From: Myxococcota bacterium
GTDB taxonomy: Bacteria > Myxococcota_A > Polyangia > Nannocystales > Nannocystaceae
Assembly: GCA_039028615.1 (NCBI GenBank)
Contig: JBCCHT010000006.1
Coordinates: forward strand, 192,001 to 256,000
DNA length: 64,000 nt
Direction of reading: 5' to 3'
The position numbers and the translations under genes were made by a program. Below, piece after piece: positions 29,069 to 39,017 of this stretch. Below the pieces are notes generated by a model, which was not told the origin of the DNA, searched no databases, and saw only the letters and a program-made list of their open reading frames with translations. Each line of letters begins with the position of its first letter. Position 1 is the stretch's first letter.

Positions 29069-30372
29069 GCCGCCGCCTCCATGCCTTGAATGATGCTGTC
29101 TTCCATCGAATTGTAAATCCAAGCTCCGTAGCGTCCACAGGAGCGTAGCCCGCCTACCTGCTCGAGCCAGCCGTGGATGGTGCGCTTGGCTTCTTCGCAC
29201 GCATCGTCGAAGAGCACATAGGCGTACTCGATCTCGCGCAGGAGGCTGAACTCGATGTCGTCGGCCGAAGCCAGGGCGCCCATCGCTACGAGGTGTTTGA
29301 CGATCTGTGGCATGTCGGGCGTGCCAGTCCGATCGGCCAGCTCGACGTAGAGCGACCCGCGGCCGGGCGGGGCCATGGCCGGCAGGGCGTTGCTGTACAC
29401 CCCCACCCGGAAGAAGGGGATGTGGGGCTCGGGCACGTAGACCCAGTGCTCGTCGATCGGCGGCGCGGTGCGGGTGGCGATGTCGAGGTAGCGCCACGAG
29501 GTCCAGCGCAGAGCCGCCGCCGCGTCGCGGACCTCGGCCGGGGCGTCGGGGATCCGGGCGACCAGCTGCGGCAAGGGGATGCTGGAGACCAGGGCGCGGT
29601 AGTCGATCCAGTCGGGCTCCCCGCGGAGCTTGACCCGACGGCCCTGCACGTCGACCTCCTCGAGCGAGCGGCCCAGCTCGATCGCCTCCGGGTTGCGACC
29701 CCGTAGACGCGCCGCCATGGCCTCGGGCAGGTGATCGATGCCTCCCGCCCGCGGGTACGAGAAGCGGACGTTGTAGCCGAGCCCGTCCTGGCGGACGCCC
29801 AGCGCACCGCCGATGACCTGGTCGATCTCGGGCAGCGGGATGAAGCGCGAGCCCCAGTTGGGGGTCAGCTCCTCGGGGCCCACGCCCCATAGCTTGGTGT
29901 TGTAGGGGACGAAGAACAGCTCGGCCATGCCTCGGCCGAAGCGACGCTCGACGAACTCGCGAAAGGTCTTCGGGGCCGGGGCATCGGGGCGCGCCGACTC
30001 GATCTGCGCCTTCACGAAGTCGACCAGGGCCTCCTGCACCACGGGCAGCGGCAAGCCGTGCAAGTTCGCCTGAAACGGGTACGGCAACATGACCCCGTGG
30101 GTGTAGACGCCCGTGCGCCGCTCGATCTCCACCAGCTGACCCGGCTCGAAGAGCTCGTCGACCAGCGCCTTGACCCGCGAGTCTCGCAAGTGCAGCCAGT
30201 GACCGGTCACATCGAAGGTGTAGCCATCGCGTCGCTCGCTGCGGGCCTTGCCGCCCACGCGTTGCTCGCGCTCCACGAGGCGGAACGGGGCGTTTCGCAG
30301 GTGCAGCGCAGTGGATAGCCCGGTCAGACCTGCACCCAGGATCACTACGGGCAGACCTTCGGGCGACGTCAC
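29053..30372 (-). CDS. FAD-dependent oxidoreductase (HemY / UDP-galactopyranose mutase-like fold)
   Basis: ILGAGLTGL, VGGKARS, FDVTGHWLH, CGRYGAWIYNSMEDSI; GTG 30372 follows TATGGT-N7. Confidence 0.8.
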   Translation of the reverse strand: MTSPEGLPVVILGAGLTGLSTALHLRNAPFRLVEREQRVGGKARSERRDGYTFDVTGHWLHLRDSRVKALVDELFEPGQLVEIERRTGVYTHGVMLPYPFQANLHGLPLPVVQEALVDFVKAQIESARPDAPAPKTFREFVERRFGRGMAELFFVPYNTKLWGVGPEELTPNWGSRFIPLPEIDQVIGGALGVRQDGLGYNVRFSYPRAGGIDHLPEAMAARLRGRNPEAIELGRSLEEVDVQGRRVKLRGEPDWIDYRALVSSIPLPQLVARIPDAPAEVRDAAAALRWTSWRYLDIATRTAPPIDEHWVYVPEPHIPFFRVGVYSNALPAMAPPGRGSLYVELADRTGTPDMPQIVKHLVAMGALASADDIEFSLLREIEYAYVLFDDACEEAKRTIHGWLEQVGGLRSCGRYGAWIYNSMEDSIIQGMEAAAWAES

Positions 30373-30528
30373 GTCCGGGACCATACCCGCGTTCGCCGAG
30401 GGAAGAAAAACCGCGTCTGAGTGCCCGCTCACGGGCGCGTAGAGCCGTGCTGCGCCGCACCACGCTCGGCCCTGCGGGGCGAGCGTCGGCCTGGACAGTC
30501 GGATCCGCGGCATGCACACTGCATCACC

Positions 30529-31473
30529 ATGGAGCTGCGAGGACTGGGCCGATACCGACTGGCGGACGAGTTTTCGGGCCCCAGCCCGCACGCCCGCTAC
30601 CATCATGCTCGGCACGAAGACGAGCCCGGCGACGACACTCCGGGCTACGTGGCCAAGCTATTGAGCCCGGGCCGCGGCGAAGACGGCCAGCGTCGTCGCG
30701 GCCAGTTCGAGCACGAGACGCGCCTGCTCAAGAGCTTCAATCACCCCTGCATTCCGACCCTGCACGCCTCTGGCGACCAAGACGGCGTCGCGTACATGGT
30801 GCTCGACCGGGTCGACGGGGTGAGCCTGGCTCGCCTGCTGCATCACCACACCGACACGCCGCGCCCGCTCACCAAGGAAATCGCGGTCTACGTCATGGGG
30901 CAGCTGGTCGACGCGGTGCGACACGTGCACTCGCTCGAGTACCTCGACGAGGGCGAGCCCGCCCCGCTGTCGGTCATCCATCGCGACCTCGGCCCGCACA
31001 ACGTGTGGGTCTCTCGCTCGGGCGACGTCATCCTCTACGACTTCTCCGTGACCTCGAGCGCGTGGCTGCCCGAGGCGCACGACGATCCCGGGGCCGGCAA
31101 CCTGGCGTACATGGCTCCCGAGCGGCTGGCCCCCGGGGCCCACGCCAACGAAAAGACCGACCTGTTCGGCATGGCCTCCATCCTGTGGGAGTGCCTGCGA
31201 GGCCAGCGGCTGTTCCAGGGCGCCACCGATGCCGCCACCCGCGAGGCCATCGAGCGCTTCGACATCAGCCAGCCCAGCCGTAGGGTCCCCGGCTTGTCGC
31301 CCAAGCTCAGCGAGATCGTCCGCAAGAACCTCGACCGCGATCCCGCCCGGCGCTACACCGGCGCCTACCAGATGCTGCAGCGCCTGGCCCAGGCCCCCGA
31401 AGCCAAGGTCGCCGAGCAATCGCGGCAGGCCCTGGCCGAGCTGGTGACCGAGGCCCTGTCCGCGAGCCAGTGA
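30529..31473 (+). CDS. Ser/Thr protein kinase-like protein with degenerate motifs
   Basis: VAK, HRDLGPHN, YDFS (for DFG), YMAPE; no Gly-rich loop. Confidence 0.85.
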   Translation: MELRGLGRYRLADEFSGPSPHARYHHARHEDEPGDDTPGYVAKLLSPGRGEDGQRRRGQFEHETRLLKSFNHPCIPTLHASGDQDGVAYMVLDRVDGVSLARLLHHHTDTPRPLTKEIAVYVMGQLVDAVRHVHSLEYLDEGEPAPLSVIHRDLGPHNVWVSRSGDVILYDFSVTSSAWLPEAHDDPGAGNLAYMAPERLAPGAHANEKTDLFGMASILWECLRGQRLFQGATDAATREAIERFDISQPSRRVPGLSPKLSEIVRKNLDRDPARRYTGAYQMLQRLAQAPEAKVAEQSRQALAELVTEALSASQ

Positions 31474-32945
31474 AGCCGCCGTCCGTCCTCGCTCCGTTGT
31501 GGGAGCACAAACGCCGCGTCCTGCCCCTGGGCATCGCGCTGTTGGTCACCTACGCGTACTTCGTGGGCGAGCCCGCGTGGAACCAGAACTCGCGCCTGGC
31601 TCTGACCCGCGCGCTGGTCGAGCACGGCAGCACGATCATCGACGACTACCACGTCACCACGGGCGACAAGAGCTACCGCGACGGCCACTTCTACTGCGAC
31701 AAGGCGCCCGGGGCTTCGTGGGCCGCCGTGCTTCCCTACGCCGCCTTCGTGGGGATTCGTCGGCTCACGGGAGGTGAGCTGCCGGGCGCCCGGGTCCGCC
31801 CGCTCGACCCCCGCGCGCCCGTGCCCGAGCCCGACGATCGCCAGCCCGGCGACGTGCTCGTCTACAACCTCGCGCACCGGGTCGCGCTCTATCTGTGTGG
31901 GCTCTTCACCGGGGTCTTGCCCACGGTCGCAGCCGCGATCGCGATGTTCCTGCTCGCGCTGCGGCAGAGCGCCGGTCGCCTTCGACCCGCGCTCATCGTC
32001 GCCCTCACCTTTGCGCTGGCCACCCCCGCCCTCCCCTACGCCACGGTGTTCTACGGGCACCCGCTGTGCGCCAGCCTGCTGCTGTGGGCCTTCACCCTCG
32101 TCACGCTGACGCCCGAGGAGGAGGCCGGCCCGCGCACGGGGGTGGTGGTGGGCACCTTGCTCGGCGTGGCGGTGTGCACCGAGTATCCCGCCGCCGTACC
32201 CACGCTGATCCTCATGGGGCTCGCCGCGTGGCGACTGGGCTGGCGCTTCACGGTGTACGTCGCGCTCGGCGGCCTGCCTTGGGCGGCGGCGCTGGCCGGC
32301 TATCACGTGGCTGCGTTCGGCTCGCCCTTCAAGACCGGCTACGACTTCGTGTACCTCGAAGAGTTCGCCGAGGGCATGCGCGTCAACTACGGCATCGGCG
32401 TGCCTCGGCCCGAGGTGGCGTGGTCGCTGCTGTGGGGGAGCTATCGCGGGCTGCTCTACCTGTGCCCGGTGCTCATGCTGGCGCTGTGGGGCTTGGTCCC
32501 CGTGATCCGCGACCCGGGGTCACTGCCGCGGGCCTCGGTCGTCGCCGCCATCGCCATCGCGGCGTTCTTCCTCCTGCTCAACTCCGGCTACTACATGTGG
32601 GACGGCGGCGCGGCCTTTGGACCGCGTCACCTCGTGCCCTTGCTCGGCCTGCTCATGCTCGGCGCCCTGCCGGCCTACCAGGTCGCGCCCCGACTCTTCG
32701 CCGTGCTCGCGGTGGTCAGCGTGATCCACATGGTGCTGGGCGCGGCCGCCACCCCCGAGGCGCCCCAGTTCGGCAACCCCCTGTGGGAGTACGCCTGGCC
32801 CCGGACCCAGGGGGCCGTGGCCGCGGTCCCCGGGCGAGCCACCAACGTGGGGCTGCTGCTCGGCCTCCCCGGCCTGCTCAGCCTGATCCCGTTGCTCGGC
32901 CCGTGGCTGTGGGCCGCCCCGGCCGCTCTCAAAAACGACCCGTGA
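31470..32945 (+). CDS. Polytopic membrane protein, probable GT-C glycosyltransferase
   Basis: Many TM segments; YYMWDGGAAFGPRHLVP motif shared with 36439 gene; GTGA overlap with kinase. Confidence 0.65.
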   Translation: MKPPSVLAPLWEHKRRVLPLGIALLVTYAYFVGEPAWNQNSRLALTRALVEHGSTIIDDYHVTTGDKSYRDGHFYCDKAPGASWAAVLPYAAFVGIRRLTGGELPGARVRPLDPRAPVPEPDDRQPGDVLVYNLAHRVALYLCGLFTGVLPTVAAAIAMFLLALRQSAGRLRPALIVALTFALATPALPYATVFYGHPLCASLLLWAFTLVTLTPEEEAGPRTGVVVGTLLGVAVCTEYPAAVPTLILMGLAAWRLGWRFTVYVALGGLPWAAALAGYHVAAFGSPFKTGYDFVYLEEFAEGMRVNYGIGVPRPEVAWSLLWGSYRGLLYLCPVLMLALWGLVPVIRDPGSLPRASVVAAIAIAAFFLLLNSGYYMWDGGAAFGPRHLVPLLGLLMLGALPAYQVAPRLFAVLAVVSVIHMVLGAAATPEAPQFGNPLWEYAWPRTQGAVAAVPGRATNVGLLLGLPGLLSLIPLLGPWLWAAPAALKNDP

Positions 32946-33765
32946 CGCCCACGCCCGAGCCCGTACGGCCGGCGTAGGGCACCACGAAGACCCGCGCCTG
33001 CGAGTCGCTCGACGACTTGCGCGACAGCATCCACCAGCGCACGCCGCCGGCCGCCCCCACCGCGAGGCCGACCCCGGTCAGGATGCCGCCGCCCAGCAGC
33101 AGCTTGGGCTGCAGCTCCAGGCGATCGACGAAGGTCCCGTAGTCGGGCGCGCGATCGGGCGAGAGCACGCCGGCCGAGATGAGCAGCGCCGCGCCGACCA
33201 ACACCGAGGTTCCACCCACGCCCACCAGCGCTCCGCCGAGCGGATCGCGATACCAGGGGTTGTCATCCCGTGGGGTGGGCTCGGGCGTAACCGGCTGGAT
33301 ATCCAGGTCGTCATCGCCGGGCGCGGGCCCGATGTCTTCACCCGTACCGTCGTCGGTGGCCCGAGCGCTCGCGGCGAGTTCCTCGGCGCAGATTCCCTTG
33401 GCCTGCAGCGCGTTTTGTTTCATGTCCTCGTTCGTCGTCATCTCGATGAACGAGTTGAACAGCGGCACCGCCTCGACGCAGTTGCCGTTCTGGCGCTCGG
33501 CCTGGGCCCACAGAAACAGCAAGCCCTCGTTGGGCTCGAGCTCGTAGCCGGCCTCGGCCTCCCGAATGGCCCCGTCGAAATCCTTGGCGGTATAGAACTC
33601 GACCGCGCGATCGAAGTGCGCCCGTGCCTTGGCGTTCTTGGGCTTGGAGGGCGCCGCTTCGGCCGTGGTCGCCGCGAGACTCAGGGCGGCTCCCAGCGCA
33701 AACGCCAGGCCCACCCGGCGACGGGAGCTTCGGGTCAGATCGGAAAAGGAGAGTCGGGATCCCAT
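32929..33765 (-). CDS. Secreted/membrane TPR protein (start uncertain)
   Basis: Signal-like segment, TPR pattern ARAHFDRAVEFY...LLFLWAQAER, C-terminal hydrophobic segments ending GRF. Confidence 0.75.
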   Translation of the reverse strand: MGSRLSFSDLTRSSRRRVGLAFALGAALSLAATTAEAAPSKPKNAKARAHFDRAVEFYTAKDFDGAIREAEAGYELEPNEGLLFLWAQAERQNGNCVEAVPLFNSFIEMTTNEDMKQNALQAKGICAEELAASARATDDGTGEDIGPAPGDDDLDIQPVTPEPTPRDDNPWYRDPLGGALVGVGGTSVLVGAALLISAGVLSPDRAPDYGTFVDRLELQPKLLLGGGILTGVGLAVGAAGGVRWWMLSRKSSSDSQARVFVVPYAGRTGSGVGVTGRF

Positions 33766-35381
33766 TGTTTGGGCTTGGAGCCAGACGAGCCGCTGGAGGT
33801 GGGTCGCTTGGTCCGCTTCTTCGTCCGCTTGGCCGGGGCCTCGGCGGGCGAGTCCGTCTTATCATCTTTCGACTCGTCCGAGGATTCGGGCTCCGCCGTC
33901 CCCTCCTCGGACGCAGGCTCGTCGACCACGATTTCCGGCTCGGGTTCGGGCTCCGGTTCCACCGGGACGATTTCGGGCTCGGGCTCGGGCTCGGGCTCGG
34001 GTTGAGGCTCGGCGACCGGCTCGGCCGGAGCGGGCGACTCGACGATCGTGCTCGGCACGAGTCGTTCTTCGCCGGTCGGAGACTCGCTGCCCGCAAAGAA
34101 GCTGAGGTAGACGGTGGCCACGATTCCACCGATCAAACCGATCGCCGCCACCAGAGCCAACGCGAACACCGCGGGGCTGGTCTTGCGCTGCTGCTCACCG
34201 AGCCGAATGTCGGTGGCCGACGCCGCCGCGTGGCCGAGACCCCCGGGCGCGGGCGTGCCTTGCATCTGGCTGTGGCGAACCTCGCTGGGGGTGAGGTCCG
34301 CGACGGCATCCTGCATCGGGGGCGGCGCTCCGGCGCCCAGCATCTCGCGCGACAACGCGGGCCGCGGCGTCGTCGGTTGCTCCTCGAGCCGGTCGAAGGC
34401 CAGTCGCTGCTGGCTCTCGCGAATCTCGTCCTCGAACAGCCCGCGCATGAACTTCGCCATGCGAGCGGAGGACACGGGCAGGCGAGCCTCTCGGGCGAAG
34501 TCCTCGAGGTCGACTTGCAGGTCGAGCGCCGAGCGATAGCGGTGGTCGCGATCGGCCTGCAGCGCCCGCATCACGATGGCTTCGAGCTCGGGCGGATAGT
34601 CGCCGCGAATGGTCGTGGGCAGAGGCACCTCGCCCTTGGCGACCTTGTTGATCACCGCGAACTCGTTGTCGCCCGCGAACAGCCGCGCCCCGGTGGTCAG
34701 CTCCCACATCAGCGTACCGATGGAGAAGATGTCGCTGCGGCGGTCGACCAGCTCACCCCGACACTGCTCGGGCGACATGTAAGGGATCTTGCCCTTGAGC
34801 GTGCCCGCCACCGTGTTCGACTGCGCCGTCGCTGCCTTCGCGATGCCGAAGTCCACGATCTTCACCCCGCCGTCGTAGGTGACCAGCACGTTCGACGGCG
34901 AGACGTCGCGGTGCACGATGCCCAGCGGTTGCCCGTCCAGGCCAATCTTCTCGTGGGCGTGGTTGAGGCCGGCCGCGACCCCCATGATGATGTGGAGGAT
35001 GTGCTCGAGCGGGAGCGGTTGTTGTGCCCGCCGAGCCGCCCGAACCAAGTTGCGCAGGTCCTGACCCGCGACGTACTCCATCGTGAAGAAGTACGACTCG
35101 CCGTGCTCCCCGATGTCGTAGACCTGGACGATGTTGGGGTGGTGCAAGGTCGCGGCGAGCCGAGCCTCGGCCAGGAACATGCGGATGAAGTCGTCGCTCT
35201 GCGCGTGCTGGGGCAGAATCTTCTTGAGGACGACGATCTTCTCGAACCCGTGAATTGCGGTCGCACGGGCCAAGAAAATCTCGGCCATGCCCCCCGTCGC
35301 GAGGCGCTGGATCAGCTGGTACTTGCCCAGCATGGCTCCGGCTCCGCCTAGAACCGGGTCGACTCCTAAGCCCCCCTTCAC
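33735..35381 (-). CDS. Membrane Ser/Thr protein kinase (start 35381 or 35333)
   Basis: LATGGMAEIF, HRDVSPSN, DFGIAK, YMSPEQ; TM then PE-repeat tail. Confidence 0.95.
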   Translation of the reverse strand: MKGGLGVDPVLGGAGAMLGKYQLIQRLATGGMAEIFLARATAIHGFEKIVVLKKILPQHAQSDDFIRMFLAEARLAATLHHPNIVQVYDIGEHGESYFFTMEYVAGQDLRNLVRAARRAQQPLPLEHILHIIMGVAAGLNHAHEKIGLDGQPLGIVHRDVSPSNVLVTYDGGVKIVDFGIAKAATAQSNTVAGTLKGKIPYMSPEQCRGELVDRRSDIFSIGTLMWELTTGARLFAGDNEFAVINKVAKGEVPLPTTIRGDYPPELEAIVMRALQADRDHRYRSALDLQVDLEDFAREARLPVSSARMAKFMRGLFEDEIRESQQRLAFDRLEEQPTTPRPALSREMLGAGAPPPMQDAVADLTPSEVRHSQMQGTPAPGGLGHAAASATDIRLGEQQRKTSPAVFALALVAAIGLIGGIVATVYLSFFAGSESPTGEERLVPSTIVESPAPAEPVAEPQPEPEPEPEPEIVPVEPEPEPEPEIVVDEPASEEGTAEPESSDESKDDKTDSPAEAPAKRTKKRTKRPTSSGSSGSKPKQWDPDSPFPI

Positions 35382-35535
35382 CGCGCACCGACTCTATCGT
35401 GAGCTTTCGCGGCGGATCAAACGCCCGGCGCGCACCGTTGCGGAATGAACGGCGTTCGGTGGCGCGAGCCCCCAGACCCGAACGGGCGCGACGGCCGTCG
35501 GCGCGCCCCGTTTTCGATGCGCTATCCTCCCCGCG

Positions 35536-35772
35536 ATGTCGCACCCCCGTGTCGTCCGAGCCGCGCTGATGGGCCTGTTGATGGTGGGCGTGTTGGCGTG
35601 GGCCGACGCCACGCCCGCGCACGCATCGACCGAAGACGTCCTGGTCAACGACGAAGCCGCGGCCGAGTCCGGCTCGTCCGGCTGGGGTCCCATCGTGGGC
35701 GGGTGCCTCGGTGTGCTGTTCGGCGGCGGGCTCGCCGTCTGGCAGATCCGCAGCATGGCCAACCGGGATTGA
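35536..35772 (+). CDS. Small exported/membrane protein
   Basis: Signal peptide (AHA) plus C-terminal TM; TATCCT 7 nt before ATG. Confidence 0.65.
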   Translation: MSHPRVVRAALMGLLMVGVLAWADATPAHASTEDVLVNDEAAAESGSSGWGPIVGGCLGVLFGGGLAVWQIRSMANRD

Positions 35773-35969
35773 TCACTTCCTGGGTCCAGAGGTCGAAAAT
35801 GCGCATTCGCCCCACGGGCAGTGCGAAAATCTCGGGCCTGGCGCGCATCCCGTATGCCGCAGAACGTTGATCCCATTAGGCAATCAGCGCTGAACCGGCA
35901 TGCGCAATCGTGAGCGCCCGCGTGTGCAGACACTTGACCACCCGCGCACAACCGGGCCAAAGTGGCCCC

Positions 35970-36404
35970 ATGGTTCGGCAGGGGCTCTTAGCTTTTCTCG
36001 TCATTGGACTCGTCGCCTGCACGCAGGACGTCGACGACCCCGCCACCTTTACGGCTGGTAACACTGCGGGCGCCAGCACCACTGGCGAGGTCAGTGCTCA
36101 GACTTCGTCGACCACCGACCCCGGCAACACCTCGGTCGACGACAACGGCAACGGAATGACGTCGACGACCGGCGACGCGGCCGACTCGAGTGGCGGCGGC
36201 GGCATGAACACCTCGACCGGCGGCGGCGGCAACGGCAACTGCGGGAACGGGGCCATCGACGCGGGTGAGCAGTGCGACGGCATGGACCTGCAGGGCTTCG
36301 ACTGCGCGGCCCTTGGCCTCAGCGGCGGCACCCTGGCCTGCGACCCGATGATGTGCACGTTCGATACTTCGATGTGCAACGCCGGCCCCGGCACCTCGGG
36401 CTGA
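35970..36404 (+). CDS. Lipoprotein with myxobacterial Cys-rich repeat
   Basis: Lipobox LVAC, T/G/S linker, CGNGAIDAGEQCDG. Confidence 0.8.
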   Translation: MVRQGLLAFLVIGLVACTQDVDDPATFTAGNTAGASTTGEVSAQTSSTTDPGNTSVDDNGNGMTSTTGDAADSSGGGGMNTSTGGGGNGNCGNGAIDAGEQCDGMDLQGFDCAALGLSGGTLACDPMMCTFDTSMCNAGPGTSG

Positions 36405-36438
36405 GCCTCCTGTTCCCCGGCTAGCCGGCTCGCTCGCC

Positions 36439-37947
36439 GTGGGTTCGAGACCGCGCATCGCCCTGTGGCTGTTGTGCGCGGCCGTCTATCTTTGCTTCGC
36501 CCCGGGCCGGATCCTCTACCCGGACGACGAGATCGTCTTTCAGACCACGCGCTCGCTGTGGGAGAGAGGCGATCTCGCAATTGAGGGGATCCCCAAACGA
36601 ACCGGGGAAAACAAAGGCCGACCCGACGGCACGTTCGGCTGGGCCCACGGCGTCGACGGGCGCCGCTATGGGTTCTTCGGCCACGCCCAGTCCATCGTCG
36701 CTCTGCCCCTTTATGGCGTAGGCCGGGCCGCGATCACGAGCACCCCGCCTGCCTGGCGCCACGTGATCCGCTCGGATCACTACTTCATGCACCGCCGCTC
36801 ACCGCAGGCGGACTGGCCCCGGCTCACCGTCAGCCTCACCAACGCGTTCATCACCGCGTTCGCGGTGCTGCTGCTGGTGGAGTGGCTGCGTGCGCTCGGC
36901 TATCGCGACCGCATCGCGGTGCTCGTGGGCTTGGTCTACGCCTTCGGCACGACCGCCTGGGCGTATAGCGGCACCTTCCTGTCGGAGCCGCTGTCGAGCG
37001 CGATGTTGCTGGCCACCGCGTGGGGCATCGCGAAGTTCCATCGGCGAAGACGCGACGACCCCGACGACCCGATCGCACGCCGTTGGTTGTGGATGGCGGG
37101 ACTCGTCGCCGGGCTGTCCGTGCATGCCCATGTGCTGAACCTGCTCGCGGTCCCTCCCCTGCTCGCCTACGCGCTGGTGCCCATCCATCGCGACGGCGCA
37201 TGGCGACGGGAACGAAGCGCGTGGATCGGCGCCGTCGTGTTGGGCGCCCTGGGCCCGCTGCTGCTCGGCCTGACCCAGTACCTGCGCTTCGGCGATCCCT
37301 GGCAGACGGGTCGCTACGATCACTACGGCTACTGGGTGAACCCGCTGCCGGGTGCCATCGGACAGCTGGTGGGGCCGGGTCGCAGCATCCTGTGGTACTC
37401 GCCCGCGCTGCTCGTCGCCGCGCTCGGCTGGAAGCGCGCCTGGGTGCGTCACCGCGACGTGGCCATCATGGTGCTCGCGGTGTTCGTCATTCGCTGGCTG
37501 TTCACCGCGACGCGCAGCGACTGGTGGGGCGGCTGGGGCATCGGGCCGCGCTACCTCGTGCCCATGCTTCCGCTGTTGCTGTTGCCGCTGGCGCCCCTGC
37601 TCGAAGGGCTCACCGACGCCTCGCGACGCAAGAAGGTGGCGGTCGCCATCGCTCTGGTCGCATGTGGGCTGGTGCAGCTGCACTTGGCCCTACACAGCAT
37701 CTTCGAATGGATGCTCCGCCTGCTGGCCCAGACGGACGCTTCGCTCGACTACCTCGATCGCTCGCACTGGGACCCCACCGCCAGCCCGTTGCTCGGGTTC
37801 TTCTCGCTGCCGCCCGACGTATTGTCGTGGCAAGCCTGGCGCCTGGCCCAACATGGACACACGGGGCCGCTGTGGATCTATGGGGGTGTCGTGTTCGTCG
37901 GCCTCATCGGTGCGTTCTTACTGATACGATGGTTGCTCGAGAGGTGA
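36439..37947 (+). CDS. Polytopic membrane protein, probable GT-C glycosyltransferase
   Basis: PDDE acidic motif after TM1, many TMs, WWGGWGIGPRYLVP. Confidence 0.7.
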   Translation: MGSRPRIALWLLCAAVYLCFAPGRILYPDDEIVFQTTRSLWERGDLAIEGIPKRTGENKGRPDGTFGWAHGVDGRRYGFFGHAQSIVALPLYGVGRAAITSTPPAWRHVIRSDHYFMHRRSPQADWPRLTVSLTNAFITAFAVLLLVEWLRALGYRDRIAVLVGLVYAFGTTAWAYSGTFLSEPLSSAMLLATAWGIAKFHRRRRDDPDDPIARRWLWMAGLVAGLSVHAHVLNLLAVPPLLAYALVPIHRDGAWRRERSAWIGAVVLGALGPLLLGLTQYLRFGDPWQTGRYDHYGYWVNPLPGAIGQLVGPGRSILWYSPALLVAALGWKRAWVRHRDVAIMVLAVFVIRWLFTATRSDWWGGWGIGPRYLVPMLPLLLLPLAPLLEGLTDASRRKKVAVAIALVACGLVQLHLALHSIFEWMLRLLAQTDASLDYLDRSHWDPTASPLLGFFSLPPDVLSWQAWRLAQHGHTGPLWIYGGVVFVGLIGAFLLIRWLLER

Positions 37948-37992
37948 TCGTTCCGTCGCTTCTCGGCACTACCGTGGCAGAGGTGCGCCTTG

Positions 37993-39012
37993 ATGCAGAC
38001 CCGATTTAGCTTTGTTAGTTCCTTACTCTCCCTCTCGACAGCAGCGTTCGTTTCGATGGCGGCTAGCGGCTGTTGGTCGTCCAGCAACGCCGACGACGAC
38101 GACTTCGAGCTCGACGACGGTGACCCCATCGACAACGACGAAGTCGTCGACCCGCACTCGTCCGACTCCATCTCCACCGAAGATCTGCTCCAGTGCGCGG
38201 ATCGGGAGGACATCGACCAATCCCTCGCGATCACCTTCGATTTCGAGATCAGCGCCCACGAGATGATCGCCTGCGGTGGCCTGGTCTTCGGCATCGTCGG
38301 CGCGTTGGTCGAGGGCATCATCGAGCTGGCCGAGAACCCCAACGCGTCCACGCTCCCCGATGGCGTCGAGTTCGATGGCGAGGGCACCTACTTCGTCCAG
38401 CCCGCGACCTTCGACGACCTCCGCATGGAGAACCGCTTCTACTTCGGCCGCGACTACGAGGTCGGGGCGCGGGGCGAGCTCATCACCGACAACCTGTTCG
38501 TGATGTCGAGCTACCTCCGGTCGCCGCAGACCACGGTCGACGTCTCCAACTTCCCCGAGGTCCGCATCGAGATCAGCCACGACGGCCCGGGGCCCTTGGT
38601 CGAGCTGCTCGGGCTGGGTGCCGAGCCGCCCAACCCCATCGTGGTCGGGAACAGCACCCTCAACGAGGCGCAGGCCAACCTCCGCGACATCGAGGTCGAG
38701 TCGATCATCTTCTTCACCGATCGCCCCGGCTCCTCCACCATCGAGTACTCGGTCGACTCGCCGCGCATGCTCGCGCAGTCCTTCCTGACCGGCAGCCCGA
38801 TGGCGCTGAACATGGTCAACGCCAGCGGTACCGGCATCCCGCTCGACCAGGAGCTCACCGTCGATGTGTGGGGCATCGAGTACGACGATGGCGTGGGCGC
38901 CCTCAACGGCAACATCGACTTCACCGTGCGGGGCGGCCCCTTCGACTACGTCTCGCGCTTCTTCTACGACGGATCGGGCTGGCCCGAGATTTCCTTCGCC
39001 TGCGCCGAGTAG
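37993..39012 (+). CDS. Acidic lipoprotein of unknown function
   Basis: Signal ending ASGC; strong codon bias. Confidence 0.8.
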   Translation: MQTRFSFVSSLLSLSTAAFVSMAASGCWSSSNADDDDFELDDGDPIDNDEVVDPHSSDSISTEDLLQCADREDIDQSLAITFDFEISAHEMIACGGLVFGIVGALVEGIIELAENPNASTLPDGVEFDGEGTYFVQPATFDDLRMENRFYFGRDYEVGARGELITDNLFVMSSYLRSPQTTVDVSNFPEVRIEISHDGPGPLVELLGLGAEPPNPIVVGNSTLNEAQANLRDIEVESIIFFTDRPGSSTIEYSVDSPRMLAQSFLTGSPMALNMVNASGTGIPLDQELTVDVWGIEYDDGVGALNGNIDFTVRGGPFDYVSRFFYDGSGWPEISFACAE

Positions 39013-39017
39013 CGCGC

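Noticed and set aside
28301..30517. 738-aa extended glycosyltransferase
   Set aside because: Extension overlaps the FAD oxidoreductase in another frame; GTG 29068 has a good SD
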